Assembly: GCA_031835245.2 (NCBI GenBank)
Contig: JAVKOQ020000023.1
Coordinates: 124,001-188,000, forward strand
Length of the DNA stretch: 64,000 nt
Direction of reading: 5' to 3'
Source: Balamuthia mandrillaris
Lineage: Eukaryota
In this document: positions 12,389-25,052 of the stretch, piece by piece
How positions within the stretch are numbered: the stretch's first letter is position 1
How the letters are laid out: each line of letters opens with the position of its first letter
Translations under genes and position numbers: made by a program
The notes under the pieces: generated by a model
Seen by the model: only the letters and a program-made list of their open reading frames with translations
What the model was told of the DNA's origin: nothing
Database searches by the model: none

Positions 12389-13761
12389 ATGAGAAGCAGC
12401 ACCATACCATTCGATCCGCTCCGGAGAAGAAGCAACCTCCTTGTGTGTCCTCCTCTTTCACAGCAGCAGCGCTCAGCTTCCTTCTCTTCTTCGGCCTCCT
12501 CCGCTGCGGCCCGGCCAAACCGGCGACCCGTTCGCTCGAGGGGAGTCCCTCCCGTGACCTTTCCTCCTCCATCCTCCTCTTCTCCTCCTGTTCCTCTTCT
12601 CTCCACCATCCCTCCTCACATCCTTCGACCTCCCTACGCTCGTCCTCCCTTTGCTCCCCCTCCCAACCTTTTCGCTGCTGAAACCGATCCCGCCTCCTCC
12701 TCGGATCCGATGATGATGATGCTGTGGCCTCGAAGCCAGGAGGAGCTGCAACAGCTGCGACGGGTCTGTCGGCAGGCCAAGCGGCTGCTGCGCTTCGCCT
12801 GCCGGTGGGCGCGGGAGCGAGGGGAGGGCTCCACCACGGCCGCCCTGGACGCTGCCGTGCGCGAGGCCATCGTCGTTGGGGAGGGTGGTGCTGCCGCGGC
12901 GGCGGCCTATCCCTCTCCGTTGGGCTACAAAGGCTTCCCGCGTGCCATCTGCACTTCCGTCAACGAGGTGGCCTGCCACGGCGTCCCTTTCGAGGGCAGG
13001 AGGCTGCGCAGAGGCGACTTGGTTCACATCGATCTGACGATCTACGCCGAGGGAACGGAGGAGGGAGATGAGACGAAGAAGAAGAGGAGGAGAAGCAACG
13101 AAGCAGTAGAAGAAGAAGAGAGAAGAGGCTGGCATGGGGATTGCTCGAGGACGGTGGTGGTGGGAGGGGAGTACTTGGACGAACAGAGCAGAGAGCTGGT
13201 GGAGGCCAACGAGGAGGCCTTGAGGAAGGCTGTCGCAGCGGTCAGGCCTGGCATGCGGGCCAATGCCATCGGCGAGATCATCGCGTGAGTAGTCATCCTC
13301 CTGCCTTTTTGTAGTGTTCTCTCTTCTTATGCTGACGAGACACAACCCAGTGGAGTGGCGGAAGAGCATGGGTTCAGCATCGTGAAAGAGGTGTGTGGGC
13401 ACGGCATCGGGCGGCACTTTCATGCCCCTCCTACCATTCCACATTTCCGTATCCTTTCTTTTTAAAACTTCTTTCTTCTTGTTCTTGTTCTTCTTGTTCT
13501 TGTTCTCCTTCTTCTTGTTCTTGTTCTTCTTGTTCTTCTTCCCCTTCTTGTTCTTCCCCTTCTTGTTCTTCTTCTTCTTCTTCTTCTTCTTCTTCTTCTT
13601 CTTGTTCTTCTTCTTCTTCTTCTTCTTCTTCTTCTTCTTCTTCTTCTTCGCTTAGCAAGCAGTGGTGAAAAAGCTTTAACTCGAGGCTTTTTTTTTGGCG
13701 CAAGGCACGGACATGTCTTCTTCTGTTATTCTGCATCCTGGCATGGTCTTCACTATCGGTA

Positions 13762-13802
<41 letters not shown>

Positions 13803-14040
13803 CAACAAAAATGAAGACTAGAGCAAGAGAGAAGAAGAGGAAGCACAGACAAACCTTTTGTTAAAACAAAAAACACACACAACAGAGCCAATATTCTGCG
13901 AAGGATCGGGAGAGGTCTGGCTGTGCGAGGATGGTTGGAGCATAGCCACAAAGGATGGCGGTTGGTCCGCTGCTGCTGAAGATACTATTCTTGTCACCGA
14001 AGATGGCGCCGAGGTCTTAACTTCGTGTGAAGAAGAGTAA
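12389..14040 (+). CDS. Methionine aminopeptidase type I, probably organellar (MAP1D-like)
   Basis: YPSPLGYKGFPRAICTSVNEVACHG, GDLVHIDLT, GWHGDCSRT, CGHGIG..FH, PGMVFTI|EPI and AAEDTILVT; the metal ligands D, D, H, E, E are present; the N-terminus is R/S-rich like a presequence. Confidence 0.92.
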
Positions 14041-14085
14041 TGGAATGCTTTCAAGCAACCAAAGGGTTCGGCATTACCCTGCAGG

Positions 14086-15487
14086 TTACGATGGCTCAGC
14101 AGAGTCTTTATGGCTCGTTGGCATTTGGAGGAAGATGGAGATGGGCAAGGCGGATGGAATGTCCGTCAAGTGTTCTTCTCTGGTCGTTAGAACAACAAAA
14201 AACGTGTTAGACTTGGGGGTGTTCCTCTTCGTCGTCATCAACCGAAAATTGTTCCATCTCTCTTTCCTCCTTTCGCTGCTGGTGTTGTTTGTCGTTCGTT
14301 TCTTGTTTCTGTTTCGTCCTGTCGCGATGATAACGCCCCAACTTGAAGGCCACCCAGTTGCGAAACCAAGTGGCGGCCATCACCACCAAGAAGCAAGCCA
14401 TTCCAATCGGCCATATAATCACATAATAGACGGCGTTAACCGGATCGTCCCAATCCAATATGTCATAAACCCAACTTTGTTTTGTGTTAAAGAGAGATAT
14501 GTTAGGAGGAAAGAAAGAATTGGAAAGATGCAAGACAAAAGATAGGAGCATACTTCTCGGCGATAGCATAGCGAATCCAAGCGAAGATGAGGTAGGTCAT
14601 CCCGTAGGCAATAGGACAAATGATGTACAGAAAGAAAACATCCATGCGAGTCAGTATCAACTCACCCAACAACCACAACGCGTTGATGGCATGCACGTTG
14701 ATGGTGAGAAACAGCAAAAAGCCTTCCCTTCTGCTTTCGTCTTCTTCCTCTTCGACTCCAAAAATGGCTGCCCAATAGCTACCAAGAACAATAAAAGGTT
14801 AGAACGAGAACGATTGAGAGAAGAGAGGAGAAGAACAAACACTATGTCGAGAAAGAGAGCGTTGGTGACGGCGAGAGGAAAGCCTATCCAATAAATAAAC
14901 TCGACAATGTTAAGGTGTGTACGTTCTTGTTTGTCTGCCTTTCGTCCACGTCGATAGTACCAATCGCCAAACTCGTCTAACAATGGTAAGCCCCACTTAT
15001 GTCCCAAGTAAATAACTCCTAACGTTACTCCTACCTACAATCTTCAAGTGAGGATCAAGAAGGAAGGAAAGAAACGAAGAATGAAGATAGGAGAACAGGG
15101 CCGAGAACATACAGCAAAATAACCTGGAAGCAGGATATAGTTCAGATTTGTAAAGTAGATAAACATTTTGCCGTGACGATGGTCAAACACGATTTTAAGA
15201 ACCGTAATCGTTAGAATGTATGCAAAGGCGACCAATCGGTAAAGCTACACCATCCAAAATATTTAAAAGTTAAACAACCAACATCACTGAGAGAGTGAGA
15301 TAACGCCATGAAGGAATACAGGAGAAGCTCGTACAAAGAGAACCCACGCAGGAACGAACCAGGATGTGGCAAGGTCAGATGGTTCATGATGGTAGTAGTG
15401 AGGCCGCAAAAACCATATCAAGCAATCTTTGTTGAACGTTTCTCTGCTCAAAAATTTGCGGCATCGTCCTCTTTTCTTGTTCGCCAT
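14086..15487 (-). CDS. Multi-pass membrane protein, rolling stone / FAR-17a-AIG1-like
   Basis: TSWFVPAWVLF..YRL, FIYFTNLNY, INVHAINALWLLGELIL, YLIFAWI and WVYDILDW across several exons; 3' end approximate. Confidence 0.7.
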
Positions 15488-15925
15488 TACGGTTGGGTTT
15501 TAACGTTCTTTACAAGGAGAAACCAAAAAGAAGAAAAAAAAAACTACACACAAACAAATAAATAAAAGACGGTAAAACGCACTTTTTTTTTTCAGAAGAG
15601 ATATATCGGCCGCACCTCTAAATTGTTGTGTTAAAAAAAATGCCGAGTTAGCAAACTGATAGAAATAACATGGAAAACAGTAAAAGAAAAGATTGAAAAG
15701 ACGAAGTTAACGGGAGAGGGGGAATGTCAGTCCCTCGCAATTGACACTATAACAAGTGGAGGGAAAAGAACAATAGGTGTCAACTTTACGAAACGATGAG
15801 CAATGAACATTGGGGGAAACGCAGAGGAAAGCAAGGAAAGAATGAAAAGAAAGAAGCGATGTTGTTGGCGACGGCAAATTAGTGTATACAAAGAAAACGG
15901 CGACTTCATAGCGATGGTAAAGAAC

Positions 15926-17093
15926 TTATTTATCTCCGATTCTTCTTCGCTTGGCGGTTCGCGTAGAACCGTTGATATCGGCCCCCGCGTCTTCATCCGT
16001 TTCTAAACCAAGTTCCTCCTATTTTACAGAACGTAAAGGTGTTTGATGTAAGAAAAGAACGCGAACGAAGAAGAACACAAAGAAGAGTGTACAATGATTT
16101 GCTTGTCCTTTTTGTTGGTTGGTTCACCGATTGACTTGATAACTTCCATACACTATGTTGAGAAAAAAACATATGCATAATGAACACTTTGCAAAAAGAA
16201 CAACAGACTGAAAAGCAAGAAAGGAAAGGGGTTGTTACAATCCGTTTGCGCCTCCGCCATTCCGCCTAACCAGGCAATGTTAGTGACAGAAGAAATAACA
16301 AGAGAGAGAAGAAGATGGTGGAGCACGTACTCGGCTGGTCTCGTAAGCCTTCTCTGCCTTTGCTTTGTCCGCTTTGGAGACGAGTTTGGCGCCTCCTTGG
16401 AGCTTTCCCAACTTGGCCTCGAACTCGGCGTTCTCTTTGGTCAAACGCTCCGTCTCCTCCTCCACTTCCTGGTTCGTTTTGGCAGAGTTCAGCGCAGAGT
16501 TGCCTGTTGTAATGTCATTTGTTTGTGTTTTGCACGTTGTGAGTGAAGTTAAAGACAAGGAGAAAGCCAAGATGAATTACGTTGTCGTTGTTGCTCCATC
16601 TCCTCTTTGAGTTGCTTGAGTTCCTCCTTGCAGGCTTTGATCTGCGCGTCGATGGCGTCCAGCTCGGACTTGTCGCCCGCTTCCAGTCCCTCCTGGTTGG
16701 GCCAATAGATCTTTTGCTTGCCTTTGGCCTTCTCCACGATCTCCCCGGACTCGACCAGTTCGGTCAGCACTTTCTGCGCCTGGGTCTTCTTCACCTCTCC
16801 GTGCAGATTGTCAAAAATCATCTGCGCGTTGTAAGGTCGGTTTTGCTGTAGCAGTAACGGAAGAGTAGTGAGAACAGATTAAAAGGGGTTGTGTTGAAGG
16901 AAGTGCCAATCTTCTTCGTCAAAGGAAAACAAAAAAAAAAGGTTGGTACCGATTTCATGTAAGTAAGGATGATTTTTTTGGCTGGTTCAGATGATGATGA
17001 AGTTTAGCATTTTCGTTGATGTTGCATCTGCGCTCAATAAACAAAAGAGAGTTTAAACGCACCATCCCCATTTCCTCCTTTGCTTTTGCTCAT
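15926..17093 (-). CDS. HOP2: Homologous-pairing protein 2 (TBPIP/PSMC3IP)
   Basis: IILTYMK..QNRPYNAQMIFDNLHGEVKKTQAQKVL..GKQKIYW winged helix, then a coiled coil, EWRRRKRI and the C-terminal EELGLETDED. Confidence 0.92.
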
Positions 17094-17445
17094 CTTCCTT
17101 TATTTTCTTCTTCCCTAAAAGCTCGAAGCTTGCTTGCTACCCGTTGTTTCTTCTTGTTGTTGTTGAGGCGCCACCACCACTGGCTGTCCGTTCCGCTACG
17201 TTTTTTCTCTCTACCTTTTTTTTTTTGGGATTTCGCCCAAAATTTTTCTTGGAAATGAAAAAAATGTTTAAAAATTTACCAAGAATTATTTTGATTAAGA
17301 TATTTACTTCCTTCAACAGCCTTCGGTACTTTGTGATGTAGTAGGTTTTATTTCTTCTTGTTCTTCTTCTTGTTCTTCTTCTTCTTCTTCTTCTTCCTCA
17401 TCTTGTCTTCTTCGTCTGCTTGTTTACCAAACAAGAACACTTGTG

Positions 17446-18169
17446 TCAAAACCTCCTTGAGATACGTTCAATCTCCTTCTGTGTGTTCTCTGTTGGCGAA
17501 CAGGCGGACGGTGTATCTCTGCCATAGTTGTTCCTGTCGATGATGGGGTCTGTGACGGTGAACTTTATCCTCATTTGGTGTGCCTCGGCGGTTTTCTTGA
17601 TGTTCTTAGGCACCGGAAGAATGCTGTTGAACACCTTCGTAAGAACCGTTCTGCACAGCAGACCTCCACTCCAACTTTGTTCCTCTTTCCTCCTCTTCGG
17701 ATGGAATAGGTTCTTGCCAAGAAAGCGAGTTGAATGGGAAAGCTGCAAATATAATGTGGAGGAGCTTGTGGGAGCTCCTCTATGAACAAACAATCCTGTT
17801 GGATCAGGTCAGGCCCCGCTAGGCATGGCCTGTAAACAAGGAGATTAGAACTCCCTGTCCGGGGCAGAAACTGTGCTCTGATCTGAAGAGCAACAGCAGC
17901 CACTTCCTCGCGAAGGTCTTTGTCATGACATGTCGAAGCAGAACGGCTCTGAAGGTAGGGCTGCGTCTGGCAAGCGCGATCTTGCCGCGAGTGGAAGTGC
18001 AACCAAAGATGGCCAGCTGCAGCACAGCAGGCAGGTCCTGCAGGTGGCACGGCCGTCGCTCCAGCCATAGAGAGAACTCGTTGTCATAGTTCTCGGGGTT
18101 TACCGACGGTCTTGCACGTTCGAAAGCGTCCAAGTCGGCAGCAGCCCACCACCTACACCCTTCGTTCAT
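17446..18169 (-). pseudogene. F-box-like gene or degraded remnant; exon structure unresolved
   Basis: HLQDLPAVLQLAIFGCTSTRGKIALARRSPTFRAVL fits an F-box consensus; the downstream coding-like sequence is spread over three frames, with one possible acceptor near 17830. Confidence 0.4.
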
Positions 18170-18296
18170 CTTCTGTTTCTTTAACATTCTAACTGTCACG
18201 TGGCTCGTTACCGAAGTTAGCTCTTGTGTTCTTTGCAACTAGCAAGGGTCCCACAGGCTTTTCGAGTAACTTTCCAACCTGCATTGCTGATGGCCT

Positions 18297-18425
18297 TCAT
18301 GCCATACTCTCTCTGTTATTGTCAGTCACCCAACAGGTCCTTACACCACATTGACGAGTCCTTGATGACAACAGATAACTGGCCACTCGTTCCACTTGAT
18401 AGCGAATGAGGCTTTATTTGAAGGA

Positions 18426-18463
<38 letters not shown>

Positions 18464-20161
18464 AAAAGCAAATGAAAGAAAAGTATGCACGCGTGTGCAT
18501 GATGGCATGGTTACCAACCAATGGATGAGTCAAAAGAAATCACCGGAGCGTTTTTGTGTTTTTCTCTTTGTGCCTGTTTGGCTTTTTCAAGTTCCATCTT
18601 TCTGGCTGCTTCTTCCTCATACTTTTTTTGTTGTTGCCTGGAACGTTTGGCGCGCCTTCGGTTTCTGTTCTTCTCTCGTTTGTTTGCTTTGTTTCGGTGT
18701 TCATTCAACAACAACAACACACAGACAACAAATGCCAGAGTCAACATAAAATAAATGAAACAGAGAAAATAAGTAACGTACCACTTCTCTCTATCTTTTC
18801 AAACTGAACCTGATGAAGAGGAGAAGCAACAGAGGAACCCCCATTGCTGTCGCTCTTCTGCAATGACAGCAACCATTCCTTGATACATCCGTAAAGAGTC
18901 CTCAATTGCTTTTTCTGATTGAAAGGAAACTCTTGTTTATGGTCTTGCAACAGCTTGGAAAGCAGAGCGTCGGCGTTGGTTACTAGAGGTTTGCGGGACG
19001 ACTTTCGGGAAGCCACCTCCAAAGCGAAGACGACTGCGTGCACCACTCCTGCTCTTTGCATCCGGGAAGTTATGTCCAGTCTTGCTTCTGGATGCTCCTC
19101 TTCTGCATGCATGAAATATTTTGGTTTCACAAACAAAGAGAAAGGTGAGTTGAAACAAGAATAAAGGATATCTACAGAGAGGGTTAGCAAGCCATACCTA
19201 TCTTCAACAACTTTAGCAACAGCTTGATGGCAGGTGCCATGACTTTTGGTTCACGTGGATGCTCCTTCATGGCCAAGACCACCGCTTTCAATCCACCATC
19301 CTCTTCATCGTTACTGCTGCTGCTGTTGTTTCCCTTGAAAAACTTGATGGCCGACAACGGCGATGTCGTCCTTACCAAACAGCTTTGCAAAAGATCTAAA
19401 GCCATGGCCACCACCATCACGTCCTCGTTGTGCAAAGCCATAACTTCCAACAGCAGCCCATGTGCACCCAAGTTGCTCAGCAGAATGCCAGAAGTGGTAC
19501 TCTCTCCTTCCTTGCAGACAGCACCCATCAGAGCCAGCACGTAACGCACCACCAATGGTTGGTTGGGATAGAGCCATAACAGCCCAAGCAAGAGCTTCTG
19601 TCCAGAGTCCGTGCGAAGAGCTTCTTCAGTGGGTTGATGATGAGGTCTTTGAGTACCGTTGTTGAGGATGAGCATGCTCAGGAGATGAAGCACTTTGGTG
19701 AGAATGGAGGGTTGCGTGTGGTAGGCATAGATCAGGGCTAGCAATGGATCAAGCAGTGAAGTTTTGGAGAAAGCGGAGGAGGAAGAGATAAAGTCGGCAG
19801 CAAGTTTGAAGGAACGGAAAGCGCGTGGACCTGGGTCGAGAGGGTGTTTCCAGGACTCACCTTTACGACGCTTGATAATCTCTTCTCTATGTTTGTTCGA
19901 GGGAGTTGCATATCTAACAAACAAGACAGAGAGGATAAGCAACATAAGAAGAGACCACAAAGCAAAGAACAGCTAACTATAACATACTGGCGAGTAGAAG
20001 TTTCCAAAGTATTCAGCTTTTGAAGGATATGCTGCCTCTCTAGAGGGAAGTCACGCCTTCGAGTTGACGGCACCCAGGTTGGATCTGGTTGCGCTGTAGT
20101 TGAAACGATGGTTACCCGTGTGAAGCCAAATAGAGAACAGAACACAAAAAAGCTCTCCAGA

Positions 20162-20206
<45 letters not shown>

Positions 20207-22342
20207 CCAAAACGACAAAAAAGGAACGAAGTATAAATTCAACAGCATCAGGGCGGTCGAAGTGGTCATAAAGCATGTCAAGACATTGGGTGAGCGACGG
20301 TTTGCCTCTGAGCACCAAGGGTTTGTCAACCTGCATACCATCTGCTCATCAGGGTTAAATAAATGAAGTCAAACAAGATCATATTAAACAGCAAAAACCC
20401 ACCTTTCAGTTTACTGGCAACACTCTTGGGCACTCTTGACCCAAATAGCGTTACACATGATAGATTCGGCAAAGCTGAAAAGACAGAAGAAAACGAGAGA
20501 GAGAGAGAGAGAGAGAGCATAGACCAGAGAGATGCAATGAAAGGTATTAAAACTTTAAAAACAGACAAGAGAGGGAGAGAGTGAGAGGATACCAGCGAGA
20601 GAGGCAATAGGATCACTGATGTAGGTGTTGACTAGATTAAGATAGCTTAGCATTGGTAGGTGGCTGAGCACGGTTGTTATCACCTTATTCGTCACACATG
20701 TATCTTGCAAGTCTAACGAGCGCAGCTCGTTCAGCCCTGTTTGTCATTGTTGTTCTTGTAAATGGGTGCAGAAACTACGACGGCAACAAAAGGAACAGCA
20801 AACCGTTCACATGCTCCAATTCCTTATTGCCGGTGGGAGTGCAATATAAGTTTAGGAAGCGCAGCTTTCGAAGATGGCTTAACTCTGCAAACTCATCCTC
20901 TTCGAATTGTACTCGTGACATGTCCAACACTTCCAAGTCTTTCATGCCTGATAGCCATTCATTCTTTCGTGTTAGAAAAGAAAAGGAAAGAAGAGAGAGA
21001 GGAGAAAGAACGCACGAGAGATATATGGCAAAAAGCTGAAATGTGTTCCACTCACGTTCAACACGAGTAACTTTTTCAAATTCTTCAGCTCCACCACGTG
21101 CCCCATTATCTTCTTGCATTTCTTGAGGCTCAACGCTCTCAACCACCACATCTTCGATGCTAGCAAGTCCACCATTGCTCTGTTGACATTCGTCTTGCTC
21201 AAGTCCAAATCTTCGATGTTTCTTCTTTCTGTTTGTTCATATGTTAAACATAGGACAATATGAGAAGAGAACGATGAAGAGACCGACGAAGAGAACGATG
21301 AAGAGAAGAGAAGAGAAGAAAATAGATAAAAAGCGAAAGAGAGATATTAAGTACCAGTTATGGCAAGTATATCAGCCTCCTTCAAAATGCCAACATAGCC
21401 AGCCAAGCTCAAGCTCCGGATGTGAACTAAATGCTGAGCCAGGGCGGGTCCGACCTTGTGACAGGCCACCAGGCGAGCTCTGCTGAGGTCCAGTTCTTGC
21501 ACCTCTGCCCTCTTCCCCAAAGCCTTCAAGCCATCCTTGGTGATCCCTCTGCACAGCTGCAAGTCCCTCCTCGTCATCACTTTCATCTCTTTTCTCTCTT
21601 CTTCTTTCTTCTCCATCGTTTCTTCTCTTTCTTTCTCTTTCTCGTTTTCGGCTTCCGTCAGTTGGGAAGAAGCAGAAGAAGAAGAAGCGGAAGAAGAAGC
21701 GGAAGAAGAAAAGAGGTGAACAAAGTGTTTGGTGCAAAGGTGGCGTTTGGAGGCATGGCGGAACAGCATCCTCTGAATGGAGAGCGGCAGGCCCTCCAAG
21801 CTCTGGCAGCAGTCCAGGTCCCTCACCAACAGGTTCAGGCACTGCCGCATCAGCGACAACGGCCGCTCCTCCAGCTGGAGCAGTTCCGGCGGCGGTTTCT
21901 TAAGCAGTTTACCCCACCTTTCTTCTCCTTCTTCCCCTTTCTCCTTTGTTGTTGCTGTCGTTGTCGTTACTTCTTCTTCTTCTTTTTCTTTTTCTTTCTC
22001 TTTGCCCTTTTCTTTTTTGTTTTGGCGAGCAGCGGTGGCGGCATAGTAACGCGAGAGAGCGAGCCGTTTGGCATCGCGGAAGAGAGAGGCATAAACGCGG
22101 TCCTCTGCAGTGAGGTGGAGGCTGCAGCCGCCTTCATGCTCTCCTTGTTCTCGTGGTTGTGGCTCCTTGTGTTGGCGTTTGTTTTGACGCCGACGAGCGT
22201 TACGTCCTCCTCTCCCTCTTCCTGCTTCACTTGTTCCTTCTCTCCCTCTCCCTCTCCCTCTCCCTCTTCCTCCACTTCCCGCAAGGGTTTCGGCGGGTCG
22301 TCCTCCTCCTCCATAAGCAACCAAAACCGGCCTTTTGCTCAT
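18297..22342 (-). CDS. BC-box-like + leucine-rich-repeat + ARM-like protein, paralog A
   Basis: ERPLSLMRQCLNLL..LEGLPLSIQRML, then LRRs (VQELDLS, LDLSKTNV, LNVSGT, LEVLDMSR, LRFLNLYCT, LSYLNLVNT) and helical repeats (LMEVMALH-type LLEVMALHNEDVMVV; VVLAMKEHPREPKV). 3' end approximate. Confidence 0.8.
21446..21837. repeat. Left arm of a 392-bp identical inverted segment (right arm 23608-23999)
   Basis: Reverse-complement match by eye; the endpoint coordinates sum to the same value (45445), and the translations, including the low-complexity insert, are identical in paralogs A and B. Confidence 0.92.
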
Positions 22343-22784
22343 CGTTGGTCGTTGTCTTTTGTTGCTGTTTTATTCAAACATTTTGAAATATTCTTTTATA
22401 ACTTTCGCCGTTACGTGAATCGAAAGAAATTTCGGAACCAACAAGAATTCAAAACAGTTTGTCAAACTCCGAACGATTAACCAATCAATATGAAATAATT
22501 TCATCTATAACATGATCGTCCAATTCGAATTCAGAAATCTCGCGGAAACTAGATCACAAAATTTGAAAAAAGTCAGGAACGACCGAAAAGAAAAGAAAGA
22601 CAACGAGCTTCGGGAGCTCTCCTCTCTGGTTTAGCTGAAAGGGCATTTTTTTTTTTTTGAGGGGGGTGGGTGGGTTCTCTCTCCTCCTCTTTCTTTTCGT
22701 TGTGTTGTGTGTGTGTTATATATTTTATAAAACAACACTAGACTCTCCTAACTACCGCTCCCAAAAACAAAAGAAGAGAGAGAG

Positions 22785-25004
22785 ATGAAGGGAAGCAAAA
22801 CAAAGAAACGCAATGCATTCTACGGCGACGTGGAGGCCGACCTGGAGGAATGGAGGGAGGAGGAGGAGGAGGAGGGAGAAGGGGCGTTCAGCGACCAGGA
22901 CGACGGCCGCTACGACGACTACATAGCCCAAAAGCTGCACAAGAGCAAGCACCAAACGAACGGCAACCAGCTGACGCTCACCTACAAGGCTCTCTCTCGC
23001 CGCGCTCAACAGCAACAAAGAAGAAGAAGGAGAAGGGATCAAAAGTTTGGCGGCGAAGAAGAGGCTCAAGCGTATGTTGATGAAGAAGAACCCTTTCAAC
23101 GAGAACCACTCTTTGCCACCACTTTTGCGGATGCCAAAAGACTCATTTTATGTCTCTCCACCTCCACCTCCGTATCAGAGGAAAGAGGCAACGACCAGAA
23201 AGAAGCCATGCTGAAGGCGTTTTACGATGAGGACGAGGAGGAGGAAGCGAAGGAGAGGGAAGGCGGTGGCTTCACTTTGGAGTCCACTGAGAGCGCCAGG
23301 GCTGCCGCCAAGGAGAAAGCACTGGCGAAGACAAAGAAGAACAAAGGCAAGGAAAAGGTTTTGGACGAGGATTCTTCTTCTTCTTCTTCTTCTTCTTCTT
23401 CTTCTTCCAGTTATTACTTGGAGGATGCTTCCTCCTCTTCTGCCTCGTCAACATTCAGTTTTGCACAGTACAAAGAAATGAGGAAGGAGGAAGAGGAGCA
23501 AAAAGAGGAGCTGAGTTGGCGGGAGCAAAAGACGTTCTTTGACAAAGTGGAGCCACCCATGGAGCTGCGGTTGGAGGAACGGCCGTTGTCGCTGCTGCGA
23601 ATGTGCTTGAACCTGTTGGTGAGGGACCTGGACTGCTGCCAGAGCTTGGAGGGCCTGCCGCTCTCCATTCAGAGGATGCTGTTCCGCCATGCCTCCAAAC
23701 GCCACCTTTGCACCAAACACTTTGTTCACCTCTTTTCTTCTTCCGCTTCTTCTTCCGCTTCTTCTTCTTCTGCTTCTTCCCAACTGACGGAAGCCGAAAA
23801 CGAGAAAGAGAAAGAAAGAGAAGAAACGATGGAGAAGAAAGAAGAAGAGAGAAAAGAGATGAAAGTGATGACGAGGAGGGACTTGCAGCTGTGCAGAGGG
23901 ATCACCAAGGATGGCTTGAAGGCTTTGGGGAAGAGGGCAGAGGTGCAAGAACTGGACCTCAGCAGAGCTCGCCTGGTGGCCTGTCACAAGGTCGGACCCA
24001 CCCTGGCTCAACACATGATTTACATTAGACGGTTGAGCTTGGCTGGCTATGTTGGCACTTTGAAAATGGGTGATATGATTGCTATTGCCGGTACTTTTTT
24101 TTCGTTATACGTTCTCTTCTTCTTCTTGTTCTTCTTCTTTCTTCTTCTGTCGTTTCGTTTCCACTAATAATATTTTTCTAACAAACAGAAAGAAGAAACA
24201 TTGAAGATTTGGACTTGAGCAAAACGAACATTGACAAAGAGATGTTCGAGGTGGTGGCCTCCAAGATGTGGTGGTTGCAAGCTCTGAACCTGCAAGACTG
24301 CAAGAAGATAATGGGGCACGTGGCGCAGCTGAGAAAACTGAAAAGGTTACGAGCTTTGAACGTGAGTGGAACACATTTCAGCTTTTTGCCATATATCTCT
24401 CGTGCGTTCTTCTTCCTCTCTCTTCTTTTTCTCTTTCTTCTTGTTCATAACAACAACAACAAAAAATGATGGCTATAGGCTTGAAGGAGTTGGAAGCGTT
24501 GGATATGTCACGAACACAATTTGTGGGGCCAGAGCTGGAACAGCTAAGCGAGTTGACAAAGCTGCGTTTCTTGAACTTGTATTGTACTCCCACTGACGAT
24601 TCAGATTTGGAGCATCTCTGTGGTTTGTTTTCTGCTTCTGCTTTGCTTTATGCACTCTTCTTTTTGTTACCTTCTGCTTCTCTTTCTTCCTGTGATCATA
24701 ACAATAAACGACAAACAACAAAACAGAGTTGACCGAACTTCGTTCGTTGGACTTGCAACAGACCTGCATAACTGGAGTTGGAGTGGAATCCGTTCTTTGC
24801 GGATTGACCAAACTGAGCTATCTCAATCTCATCAGCACTAACGTCAACGAATCAGTGGAGTTCTTGAAAGGTGATCCCTCTCTCTCTTTACTTTTATTCA
24901 TGTGTTTTTTTTTAACTGCCTTTGGCGAATAGACCTTCCAAACCTCTCATGTTTGTTGTTGTATAAAACGAGAGTGAGCACAGACATAGCTTACGGCCTT
25001 CAGG

Positions 25005-25052
<48 letters not shown>

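Noticed and set aside
21446..23999. Inverted repeat considered as transposon terminal inverted repeats
   Set aside because: Both arms are internal coding sequence of paralogous LRR genes, and no transposase lies between them.
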